A DNA stretch of 63,541 nucleotides, counting the filler, from Globobulimina sp. (Eukaryota), in NCBI GenBank assembly GCA_003354225.1. It is 32 parts of 32 records of this genome, joined end to end, with 100 filler letters (N's around TTAATTAATTAA, not from the genome) between each part and the next. Parts side by side here need not be neighbours in the genome. Positions count along the whole stretch, not along the records: positions 47,740 to 49,627 come from PIVH01010881.1; positions 49,728 to 51,615 come from PIVH01010882.1; positions 51,716 to 53,603 come from PIVH01010883.1; positions 53,704 to 55,591 come from PIVH01010884.1; positions 55,692 to 57,579 come from PIVH01010885.1; positions 57,680 to 59,567 come from PIVH01010886.1; 26 more parts are not named here. The stretch is one strand, 5' to 3'. The position numbers and the translations under genes were made by a program. This document shows positions 47,640-57,836 of this stretch, one piece after another. The notes under the pieces were generated by a model that worked only from the letters and a program-made list of their open reading frames with translations, was not told the DNA's origin and made no database searches. Within the stretch, counting starts at the first letter, position 1. Each line of letters begins with the position of its first letter.

Positions 47640-47739
47640 NNNNNNNNNNNNNNNNNNNNNNNNNNNNNNNNNNNNNNNNNNNNTTAATTAATTAANNNNN
47701 NNNNNNNNNNNNNNNNNNNNNNNNNNNNNNNNNNNNNNN

Positions 47740-47948
47740 AATGCTTTTTCAACAGTTTTATATGTTCCTTTACCACGTTTCTTGTTATTTACGTATAAAT
47801 AATTAATTAATTTAATCGCTTTGCTGTTATCAATTTGAGAATCAGCTACTTGTGATGTTGATGAGTTCCTTGGAAATAATCTGAATAATATTGCCATCTG
47901 TTTCCGTCTTATTTGCGTGATTTTGAATTTTCTGGAAACTATTGACAT
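47740..47948 (-). CDS. N-terminus of a hypothetical basic protein; 3' partial
   Basis: ORF runs off the contig edge. Confidence 0.35.
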
Positions 47949-48226
47949 GTTTGCAATTTTTTAATCTAAAAAAACCTTAAAACCTTCCTTCTACCTTCAC
48001 TTAAAACATGCATTCTCCATTGACTCCATATCAATACACAGATCCATTAACAAACAATTACATCATAGCACGTGCTACTCGGTCATGTGATTACGACCCA
48101 GAGCATAACACAGGTCTTCAACTGTCAGTAATTGAGTCCTACACTACAACTCAGTTAAATAAACGTTTTATATGTTAACTATCCTTACACCATACAAACC
48201 ATATAATATAATATAATATAATATTA

Positions 48227-49627
48227 ATGAACAGCATTGAATGCAGTGATATTCTACCATTATCAGCACCATTTTCATTTGGAATGAACGACGATGGACT
48301 GCATCATTTACAAATATCATGGAAAGATGTTTATTTATTAGTGTCGGTTCTAAACAACAACGAGTATGATGTGAATATGATACCAGTATCGGGCGGGGAC
48401 AAAGTATTTGCATTAATTCGCGACTCTGCCTCATTTAAAATTAATTCATTTACAACAACATATCAAAATGCTACGTTAATCAAAGCACCCTCACATTCAC
48501 ACGACAGTGGTATTGTACCTATTCGATATAATACACATATATCACGTGATGCCATTCCTTTATTTACGGTCATAAATAATATCAACATACCCACTGTCAT
48601 ACGCATTGTCCCTGCAATCAATACCACATTTTATCATACACTTACGACAAATCGCAATCATAACAGAAAACGATCGATTCATATCCTAAATGTCCTAAAT
48701 AGGAACCATAATAATCGCAACCTAAATAATCATCATCATAAGAGACGAAAATTAAGTCCTCCTTCGTTGCAACTCATAGAAGAAGAAGAAAAAGAAGATG
48801 AGGAAGAATCGACCCAAGTTGAATTTAGCTCAGAAGAGGAGGAGGAAGAAGAAGTTGATACATTTCAATGTCTTAAATGTAATAAATCCTTTGTATTCGC
48901 TTGCAATCTCAATCGGCATATCACCAATGTACATTCGAGGCATATCCTCATTGAAGACAGCACTGACAATGATAATGAATCCAATGATATTGAAATATTG
49001 TCCCCTCCAATAACCATTAACATTGCTGACGATGAAGAAGAAGAAGAAGAAGAAGAGGAAGATATGGAAGATGATGATATATTTGTAGCGAATATGAGTT
49101 TTGCAGAAGCAAATAACTTAGATATTGGTGATAATTTTGACCATCGGGATAAATTTGGCCGCGTATTTGCAGCGAGTGTGGCTGATAAGAAAAACACAAA
49201 TTTATTCATTCATTATGAAGGCTGGGCCAATAAAGGGAATGTATGGAACGATTACGATATGGAATTATGGCGATTTAGTACTTATGGATCGATTTCACGC
49301 AGACGGCGACATCGATTGTTTGATTTAACGGTTGGCGATTACATTGATATTTCATTTGGGAATATGTATTCATGGACGTATGGCGAAATCAAACAATTAG
49401 ATGGCGAATCTGGACAGGTTCAGGTACAACTTGTCGATGGCGAAAAGGACACTGTTTTTTGGGTACACTTGGATAACACGGAGGAAGTGGCTGTGTTTGC
49501 CTCAAAAGCAAATTTGCGCCATGTAAATAAGGAACAGATACAAATTCGCGCACAAATAAAACGACAAACAACAAACGTAACAAATGATAATACAAATATT
49601 TGCGAATTACCTATTGATGAATTAATG
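48227..49627 (+). CDS. C2H2 zinc finger plus tandem Tudor/Agenet-like (Royal family) domains; 3' partial
   Basis: FQCLKCNKSFVFACNLNRHITNVH; LDIGDNFDHRD..FIHYEGW; LTVGDYIDI..WTYGEI; acidic tracts. Confidence 0.8.
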
Positions 49628-49800
49628 NNNNNNNNNNNNNNNNNNNNNNNNNNNNNNNNNNNNNNNNNNNNTTAATTAATTAANNNNNNNNNNNNNNNNN
49701 NNNNNNNNNNNNNNNNNNNNNNNNNNNCGATAAATGCAGTGACGTACAAGCGATAAATGCAGTGGGAGGGGGTTATCTAACCTGACTAACCACGGGGGTT

Positions 49801-50667
49801 ATGTATCAAAGTACTTCATTTATCTTTGTGACGCCACTGGCAATGGGAAACCTAAATGGAAGTCTCAGTCGAAGCATTTCTGACACATCAAATGCCTCAG
49901 ATTCTGAACAAGACTTAATTAAGCTTAAGACAGACAATATATCAAATAACAACATTCTGAAACAAATATATAAAGATGAAGGTGTGATGGACACTGTAGA
50001 TGCAGATGATGCTATTTATGAACACTCTCACTCTGTCACCTTAATGGGTTTACAAACAAATGAAAAATCAAAGGATGATATGAAAGATGAATATAATGTG
50101 GAATATAGTGATGAATATAGAGCAGAAACATTAATGGGTTTCGAGACAGTCACAGAAACAGAAGATGCGCATAATTATAATGAAAACGAATCTGACGATG
50201 AACAGGAATACAGTACGTCTCATTCGGCCTATGTCCAAGGCATTGATTTTGATAATGAGCAAAAGGATAACCTTGAAAATAACCAAAATAGCAATGATTA
50301 TTCGTGGTGGAGCTATTCATTTTATGCAAAGGATAAATATATCATAAATATTCAATTTAAAATCAAACAGACTCATTACAATAAAATGAAATATAATGAG
50401 TATGATCCTGGATTGTTTAATAAGAAATATGGAGCGAGGTTTTGTTCTATCAATGGAATACAAGCGCATATTGTATCATTTTGTAATTCAGTCAAGAAAA
50501 TCAGTCATAATGTAAATAGATATGATAACAATGAATATGTTATTTTGAAAATGAATGGCAATATTAATCGCTTATTTTTTATAAGGCGAATTGGATGGTG
50601 TTTTGACGATGGATATGGAGTATATACAAATCTCAAGAGAATTGTGAATGGCAGATTTGACAAATAG
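49801..50667 (+). CDS. Hypothetical acidic protein
   Basis: 288-aa ORF; likely start MGNLNGS, a possible myristoylation site. Confidence 0.55.
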   Translation: MYQSTSFIFVTPLAMGNLNGSLSRSISDTSNASDSEQDLIKLKTDNISNNNILKQIYKDEGVMDTVDADDAIYEHSHSVTLMGLQTNEKSKDDMKDEYNVEYSDEYRAETLMGFETVTETEDAHNYNENESDDEQEYSTSHSAYVQGIDFDNEQKDNLENNQNSNDYSWWSYSFYAKDKYIINIQFKIKQTHYNKMKYNEYDPGLFNKKYGARFCSINGIQAHIVSFCNSVKKISHNVNRYDNNEYVILKMNGNINRLFFIRRIGWCFDDGYGVYTNLKRIVNGRFDK

Positions 50668-50946
50668 AGAATAGTACATTAATAAATATCAATTTTTATA
50701 TAGTTTAATTATTAAGTGTTTGCCGTCGAAAGTGTTAAAAAAGCACAGTAACATCACAAACGACAAACGGTAAGAAATATCACATAATATCAAAACGGTA
50801 AGAAATATGTCGTTTGTGAGGTGATAAAACTGATTGTAAGATTTTCACGAAGTGAGCTACTCAACGTAATTTCAAAAAAAACTCAAGTCTAATAATAGTG
50901 TCGTGTTTGCTGCAAAGTAAATCTAAAAAAACAAACCTAATCAACA

Positions 50947-51615
50947 ATGTCAGATGAAGAACCAGAGCAAGAAGAAGAAGAAAATTACGACGAGCCAGAA
51001 GAACAAAACAACGATGAACCGCAAGAAGAAGAAGAACCTGAACCAGAATATAAAGAACCAGAACAAGATGAAGCACCGCCCCAAGTCAATTATGGCAATG
51101 TAGACGTACCCGGATCAGTTGAGGATGCCTGCAATGAGTTATATTCTGATAACCCATCATTTAATTGGTTTTCTACTAAATTAGTTGGTATGTTTATCTA
51201 TTATGCATAGAATATAATATAATATAATATTATATATATTGAATAAACAGACCCGAAAGTCAAGAATGCAGATTTAAAGATGGATAAAGCAGGAAATGGT
51301 GGATTACCCGAATTAACACAAATAATGGGGACAGAAAAAGATAATATCGTCTTCTTTTTATTACGAGTGAATACCTACGACGACGAGTCATCAGTTCGAG
51401 CTAAATTTGTTTATGGCAGATATGTTGGATCTGGAGTTAACTATTTTTGTTTTTTTGTTTTTTTTAACGCAAATTCGCATATCATATATAGGTTAAATTT
51501 ATGTCAAAAGCAAAATTAACACCAAATTTAGGGGCAATTGCAGATCAGTTTAAAGTTAAACATTTATCAAAAGATTGCGACGAAGAAATGAAGGATTGGA
51601 ATCCAGAAAAATTAT
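50947..51615 (+). CDS. Coactosin-like ADF-H actin-binding protein with acidic N-terminal extension; two introns, 3' partial
   Basis: DACNELYSDNPSFNW..GNGGLPEL..FFLLRVNTYDDESSVRAKFVYGRYVGSG|VKFMSKAK. Confidence 0.85.
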
Positions 51616-51959
51616 NNNNNNNNNNNNNNNNNNNNNNNNNNNNNNNNNNNNNNNNNNNNTTAATTAATTAANNNNNNNNNNNNNNNNNNNNNNNNNNNNN
51701 NNNNNNNNNNNNNNNACAGTCAAAACACTGTACTTGGTTAGTTTTCTGAACTAAAACAAGGCTAAATAGGAAAACTCTAATTAACTTTTAAAATAAATAT
51801 TAAAGAGAAAAAACAAAACTCAAAAAAGCTTACTGTACAAGTAGCAGGAACAAATTAAATAATTAACCTATTAAATAATTAATGAGTTTCTAATAGTTCT
51901 ACAATTAACCTTTGTGACTGCCTGTAAAATAATTAAATTTAAATTACCATAATGTATAA

Positions 51960-53603
51960 TTACATTTTTTTCTCCCCCCAATATTTTTCAGCATAATCAT
52001 GAAAGTGGCAAATAAATTGTGCACATATTGTTAAACTATAACTGTATTCTTGCGGTTCTTGATCATCATCACCAACAAGAAATAAATTATAATTGTTAGA
52101 ATCAATAAAAATAATCGCCAATAATACTTCAAATGCATCACCCAAACATTTTGGTGGTTTAATTTTTTGTCCTTTTAGATTATTTTTTAAATACCACCAA
52201 TCATCAAATAATAAATCATTTTCTTCAATCTCTTCTTCTACAAAATCGATATCTTTTTTATATTTTAATACATCATTTTTTTGTTGTGAATCCCAGATAA
52301 TATTCTCATCCAATGACGAATCCTGGAAATTAAATCCCAATGAATCGTTACCCACAATTTTAGCTCGCAAGGATGTAATTTGTCCTTCAATGGAGATATC
52401 ATCATAGCATTCACTGTCTTGCTTATCGAGAGATTGTGAGTGCATATCTTCAAATAAAAATTGAGTGACAATAATATCTAAAATAGCATCACCTAAAAAC
52501 TCTAATCGTTGATATGTTATGCCATATTCACTAAATATAGAATGATGGTGATATCGATAGGATTTATCAATTAACTCAATCAATGATGCAGTGACTAACG
52601 GATTCTGCACATTTAATAAATATCCATTTGGCAGCTTATCCGATATCATTACAATTAGCTCTCTCATCTTAGTTTGGAATAGGTTCTTCGTGTAAATATG
52701 CTCAAATTTATTCTCATTCCAATCGATAATTAACTGTTTAAATTTATTATCTATTTTAAATATGTAATCGCCGCCAAATATATTAAACCCAAATAATAAT
52801 CGCCAACAATTATTTATCCGCTCACTTAAACTTAAAGTATCATCAGAACACCACAACGCGCCCAACGTAGATTCAATAATATCTGCTGGCAATTTCATAC
52901 TTATTTTGATGTTTTTATATAACGACTCATTGATTAATCTTTGTTTAAAGAAGGACGGATTCCATAATTCAAAAGAAAACTGATTGAATACACCATATGA
53001 GGCTAAGTTTATGTCATTACTGATCCTGTCTAAATTCACATTGCTCACAATATTCGACTCCCAAATGGTTAGATGTCCCTGGTTGTAACTGGGCAGTGTA
53101 AACACACCAAATAATACCACTAAAAACTTCAACACTCTGTCTCCTAAACACTCCAATTTCTCATAGGCGCAATCGCGAAATCCCGCTTGTACATTGCACA
53201 GCGCTTCGAACAATAAATTGTAGTCTATATCCACGCAAAACGGTTTACTCTTAAACATCATATATGCATCAAATATATTAAAATAGTTTTCCAACCGCCA
53301 TAATATTGCAGATATGTTTAACAATTGATACCAATGCAATGTGTTTATGCCAATTAGATAAATATTATTTAATGGGATAAATCGCACTGACGATTTTAAT
53401 TTTGATTTTCTACATTTTGGAATCTTTATTTTACTGGAATCCAAATGCAAAATATTTCGCACTTTCGGACAAAACCGCCGGGCCACTATGATAATATTAT
53501 TCTTCTCCTCGAATGAATTCCATTTCTCCCCAATCGATATGGTTTTTAATTTATTTAATTGAGTCTGTTGTGCATTTAAATCGATTTCATCATAAAATAT
53601 ACC
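51960..53603 (-). CDS. Dicer-like protein C-terminus with tandem RNase III domains; 5' partial
   Basis: RIIIa YEKLECLGDRVLKF..ADIIESTLGA; RIIIb YQRLEFLGDAILD..PKCLGDAFEVLL; frame open to the contig edge. Confidence 0.92.
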   Translation of the reverse strand, partial: GIFYDEIDLNAQQTQLNKLKTISIGEKWNSFEEKNNIIIVARRFCPKVRNILHLDSSKIKIPKCRKSKLKSSVRFIPLNNIYLIGINTLHWYQLLNISAILWRLENYFNIFDAYMMFKSKPFCVDIDYNLLFEALCNVQAGFRDCAYEKLECLGDRVLKFLVVLFGVFTLPSYNQGHLTIWESNIVSNVNLDRISNDINLASYGVFNQFSFELWNPSFFKQRLINESLYKNIKISMKLPADIIESTLGALWCSDDTLSLSERINNCWRLLFGFNIFGGDYIFKIDNKFKQLIIDWNENKFEHIYTKNLFQTKMRELIVMISDKLPNGYLLNVQNPLVTASLIELIDKSYRYHHHSIFSEYGITYQRLEFLGDAILDIIVTQFLFEDMHSQSLDKQDSECYDDISIEGQITSLRAKIVGNDSLGFNFQDSSLDENIIWDSQQKNDVLKYKKDIDFVEEEIEENDLLFDDWWYLKNNLKGQKIKPPKCLGDAFEVLLAIIFIDSNNYNLFLVGDDDQEPQEYSYSLTICAQFICHFHDYAEKYWGEKKM

Positions 53604-53703
53604 NNNNNNNNNNNNNNNNNNNNNNNNNNNNNNNNNNNNNNNNNNNNTTAATTAATTAANNNNNNNNNNNNNNNNNNNNNNNNNNNNNNNNNNNNNNNNN
53701 NNN

Positions 53704-54383
53704 TCTTCGATGAGCTCAATCTGTTCGGAGCGAATATCTTTGCGCTGCTTCAATTTGTTCAATGTTTTTTGTTTCTTGCTATATTCCTTCGATTCCAGTT
53801 TGCGGGTTTCGTGCTCGTTTGTGCTGTTTGTCTTTGTACCGTTGGTTTGCTGCGACATTAATGAGGACACGTCTGAGTTGTCGGATTTTATATCGTCGTT
53901 GTCGCTGTCTATACGCATGTGAGCTGCACCCTGTTTCAGCTCATCTTCGTCCAACTCGATACTGCCACGTTTCTTGTTTAATATTTCCTGCTGTTTATAG
54001 GTCATAGTGTTGCGATAGGAACTTGCATTGGGATCAGTATAGGCATCGTTTAGATATTTCATTTGTTCGTCGTGGTAACGGTTTAATTCGCCACCTTTTT
54101 GAGCGAATAGTTTGCGTTGTGCGCGTTTGGCCTCTTTTTCACGTTTTTTCTCGATTTCTGCCTGTAATGGAGATAAACCGCGACGGATACGATCTTGTTC
54201 GTTGTCTTGTTTTTTTTTTAAATCAAATAAGGCTTTGTTTATTGATTGTTGCTGTTTTGATTCTTTCTCAATGCGTCGTTGGAATTCATCCACGGATTCT
54301 GTGACGCCGGTAAATCGTTGCGCCATCTTCTCTAATTTGCCGATTTTATGCTCAATCTCAAGAAACAGTGGCTCGAACTCCAT
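53704..54383 (-). CDS. Coiled-coil hypothetical protein; 3' partial
   Basis: K/E/Q-rich ORF. Confidence 0.6.
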
Positions 54384-54457
54384 GGCTGGCACACTTCAGT
54401 CACAATAAGTATCTTCAAGTTTTTCACTCAAACCCAAACTCAATTAATTAAAAAAGA

Positions 54458-55192
54458 ATGTCTTCGAAATTTAATCAGTCTATATTCGTATTTTTAGTGA
54501 TTTTAATATTTTGTGCAGTATTGATGTTATTTTTGCAAAACCAAAATGTGACAACAATTCCGATGCTTATACACCTGTCTCCAAACGAAACAAAACGTCA
54601 TATATTTGTTGATTTAGGAGCAAACAGAGGTGACACATTTTTATTATTATTATACAATGACACATTCTTTCCAGCAACAATCGATCGAAGAGATATCGAA
54701 GTTTATTTATTTGAAGCATCACCGATTTGGAATGAATTATTATATAAATTTTACAGAACATATCCCCAAATTAAAGCAGTATATAATGGCACAGCCATTG
54801 GTACAAATTCGAGTGAAATATTAACGTTTTTCATCGACAATTCCAATCACGAGGCGTCCTCTACATTTCATAAACCGACAAGAAAGTTTACACGAATTAA
54901 TGTAAAATGTATTGATATTTGTGAATGGATGGTGGATGATATGAAATTTAATAAAAAAAATGATTATATTATTATTAAAATGGATATTGAAGGAGCAGAA
55001 TATGAGATAATGCAACATATTTGGAATAACCATAGTTGCATGGCATTGATTAATGAAATGTTCGTTGAATGGCACCCATGGGGCCAACCCATCAATAAAT
55101 CAAGGAAGCATAAACCACATTGGTTGGATAAAGGAAAGGAATGGACGGAATTCTTTGAATATAGAGGAGTTAAAATGACAATGTGGCATTAA
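54458..55192 (+). CDS. FkbM-family (Methyltransf_21) SAM-dependent methyltransferase with N-terminal signal anchor
   Basis: IFVDLGANRGD, VYLFEASP, IIKMDIEGAEYEI and MFVEWH motifs. Confidence 0.9.
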   Translation: MSSKFNQSIFVFLVILIFCAVLMLFLQNQNVTTIPMLIHLSPNETKRHIFVDLGANRGDTFLLLLYNDTFFPATIDRRDIEVYLFEASPIWNELLYKFYRTYPQIKAVYNGTAIGTNSSEILTFFIDNSNHEASSTFHKPTRKFTRINVKCIDICEWMVDDMKFNKKNDYIIIKMDIEGAEYEIMQHIWNNHSCMALINEMFVEWHPWGQPINKSRKHKPHWLDKGKEWTEFFEYRGVKMTMWH

Positions 55193-55401
55193 ACTAGTTT
55201 CAAAAATCATTTGGAGGGATTACATAGGTTTAATTGGAGCAGAGTATCAAATCCATAAATCCTTAAAGCTCATAAAATAAACTTTGGATTTGCAACTTTT
55301 GGTTCATGGATTCTAGTTTATTCTTTTGGATATGGATAATTATAAGAAATAAACAGCAGTCCATATCTCAATGACAGTGAATGCTACAATTCTGCAATCA
55401 T

Positions 55402-55578
55402 TGGAAGGAATGCATTTAAGTCAGAGGTTGAGAAGTTGAGAGGTTGGGATGTTCGGAAGTTGGTGGATAAAAGTATCGTAGAATTGGATTCTTGTTTCAT
55501 TAATAATTCAACTTCTGAACCTCTCAACGCCTAAACTTACGAACCTCTCAAACCTCTGACTTTAATGCATTTCTTTCA
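55402..55578. mobile_element. Second MITE/fold-back-like element
   Basis: tggaaggaatgcatttaagtcagaggtt matches the reverse complement of the right end at 25/28; inner arms built from ~8-bp gaggtt/gaagtt subrepeats. Confidence 0.7.
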
Positions 55579-55788
55579 TTGTCGTACGGATNNNNNNNNN
55601 NNNNNNNNNNNNNNNNNNNNNNNNNNNNNNNNNNNTTAATTAATTAANNNNNNNNNNNNNNNNNNNNNNNNNNNNNNNNNNNNNNNNNNNNTTATTAACT
55701 GAATCAATTTTAAAAAAAAAACACATAATTAATATATAATAATTTTTTTGATTATATTAAAAATATTTAAATAACCTAAAACACTTAT

Positions 55789-55865
55789 TTTTTGCCCAGC
55801 AACGATGGTTTTTGCCCAGCAACGATGGTTTTTTGCCCAGGATCGTAATATTTTTGCCCAGTAAC
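55789..55865. repeat. Four direct repeats of TTTTTGCCCAG at 20-21-bp spacing, plus an inverted partial copy at 55922-55930
   Basis: Copies start at 55789, 55809, 55830 and 55851. Confidence 0.92.
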
Positions 55866-56061
55866 TTCGGTCAAAAAGGGTAATCGTGTTGTTTTTTCCA
55901 ATATTTATGATGTTTTTACACTTACTGGGCTATTATTACTTATTTATTTAAAAAAAATAATATATATAAGTGTTTCATTCTATGATTTATATATATGGGT
56001 CAAATACTGATATATATATTGACCAGAATGACCAGTAAGTGAGTGAACCAAAAATAAAAAC

Positions 56062-56310
56062 TTACCGACTCGGCAACAGAGACATTACCAATCCCAAAAT
56101 ATAATGATTAATATGGTCATAATCCTGGTCGACCACAAAAGGTTTATATGTTCCGATATTAATATATCCAGTCTTATCCAAATTAAATATAAGATTATCT
56201 TTATATGTAATGGAATTCTTAAGATGTGACTTAGTCCTTACATGATTATAATTCGAGGCCCTAATAGTATTATCACAAGAATGACATATCCAAATTTGCA
56301 ATGATGACAT
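56062..56310 (-). CDS. Small C2H2-type zinc-finger protein (virus-like), paralog 1
   Basis: WICHSC..NYNHVRTKSHLKNSI..IGTYKPF. Confidence 0.7.
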   Translation of the reverse strand: MSSLQIWICHSCDNTIRASNYNHVRTKSHLKNSITYKDNLIFNLDKTGYINIGTYKPFVVDQDYDHINHYILGLVMSLLPSR

Positions 56311-56350
56311 AAAAAATAATTATATATATTATACTTTTTAAAAAAATATA

Positions 56351-56659
56351 CTATATGTCCGAGTCCGAAGCATCATCATCTTGGTGGTCCGAAGCCGTGT
56401 CAGAAGCATCATCTTGGTCCGAAGCATCAAATTCTACATTCAACACATCCATAATAATATCTTGTAGGTGCTCGTATTCCTCAATTATCTCAAAAGGATT
56501 ATACTTTCCGATCAATAAATCGTAAGTCAGAACTCTATTATATATTTCGTTTTCATAAACAAATATAGATTTCTCCAAATGTTTTTTTGTCCTCTTATGC
56601 TTTGAGTTAGTTTTACCTACTGATGCACCACACCCTCTACAAATATAAGTTGATGTCAT
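56351..56659 (-). CDS. Small C2H2-type zinc-finger protein (virus-like), paralog 2, with DASD-repeat acidic tail
   Basis: YICRGCG..NSKHKRTKKHLEKSI..IGKYNPF; co-linear with paralog 1. Confidence 0.75.
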   Translation of the reverse strand: MTSTYICRGCGASVGKTNSKHKRTKKHLEKSIFVYENEIYNRVLTYDLLIGKYNPFEIIEEYEHLQDIIMDVLNVEFDASDQDDASDTASDHQDDDASDSDI

Positions 56660-56867
56660 TATACTTTTTCCTATATAGTATACTTATTTTTTTTTTTTGC
56701 ATATACTTTTTATGTTGTTGTTGTTGTTGTCGTCGAGTTGATATCAAGTTGTTTCTGATATACTATTACCCTTTATCATATGTCAACCATATACTTTTTA
56801 CAGTTCCGGAGTCAAATCCTATACTATTAACACTTTATCGTAAAATGAGCACATCAGTCCCGTAGCC

Positions 56868-56956
56868 AAGATTATACCAAGTGATGGTTGTACCCATCAC
56901 CTAAGATTATACCAAGTGATGGTTGTACCCATCACCTAAGATTATACCAAGTGATG
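56868..56956. repeat. 35-bp perfect tandem repeat (2.5 copies) containing a hairpin
   Basis: Unit aagattataccaaGTGATGGttgtacCCATCACct starts at 56868, 56903 and 56938. Confidence 0.95.
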
Positions 56957-57241
56957 AATCCCGACAATTGATATGTGGTAAAAATTATTGCTTGAAACTA
57001 AATTATACGGTTTTATAAAGTTTACAGAGTTTTATAAGTCGTATGGATATGGACCGCCTCAGTTATTCAAATGTGTTATGTGATTGTTTTGGAATCTTAA
57101 ATAGCATTATTTTCAGACAAGAACATTCTAAAACAATTATAAACAGATTTTGACATAACTTGATCTGGTTAGGATTTCCTTGTAAAACTTTAACAGAGAT
57201 CGTATCCTTGACAACTATAAGAAATTGTGAATACAATATAG

Positions 57242-57509
57242 GTTTGGCATATTCTGTTTGCGATAAAGTATTTGTTCACAGTAAATGGGATTCGGATAAA
57301 TATAGAGATGTTATAAAACCGAAAACAATCATTTTATTGGATAAAGATGGAAACGTTGATGCATTTGGCTTAGATGCAAAAGAAATGTTTAGTATACATT
57401 GAAATATATATATTGCAGTATAAAGTATAAATATTGTTGATCAGATATATGAAATTGAGATCAAAAAAGGATCATATGTTATTTGAGAGATTTAAAATGA
57501 TGTTATATG
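57242..57509 (+). CDS. HSPA12-like (atypical Hsp70) N-terminal exons; first exon not found, 3' partial
   Basis: GLAYS..VHSKW..KPKTIILLDKDGNVDAFGLDAKE|YMKL..MLFERFKMMLY resembles HSPA12 KTPTxILL..FGYxA..FEKFKMxL. Confidence 0.75.
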
Positions 57510-57836
57510 GTTTCGTTCTTTTCTATTCTCTTAATTATTTTAATTCATATTTTAACATCTAAATACAATATAAAATAGANNNNNNNNNNNNNNNNNNNNN
57601 NNNNNNNNNNNNNNNNNNNNNNNTTAATTAATTAANNNNNNNNNNNNNNNNNNNNNNNNNNNNNNNNNNNNNNNNNNNNTGTCAATATCTAAGAGCCTGA
57701 AATCGGACTTCTGCATAGTATTTATGTTGTTTTTCTGACACAAAATGCATAGAAAAAGAAAATGCAACCAAATAAACAACAACAACAACACACATACACA
57801 CACACAACAAAAAAAAGCTTGAAATATATTATTAAT

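Noticed and set aside
48066..48077. 12-bp palindrome tagcacgtgcta (E-box core) between divergent genes
   Set aside because: A single short palindrome; not enough to call a regulatory site.
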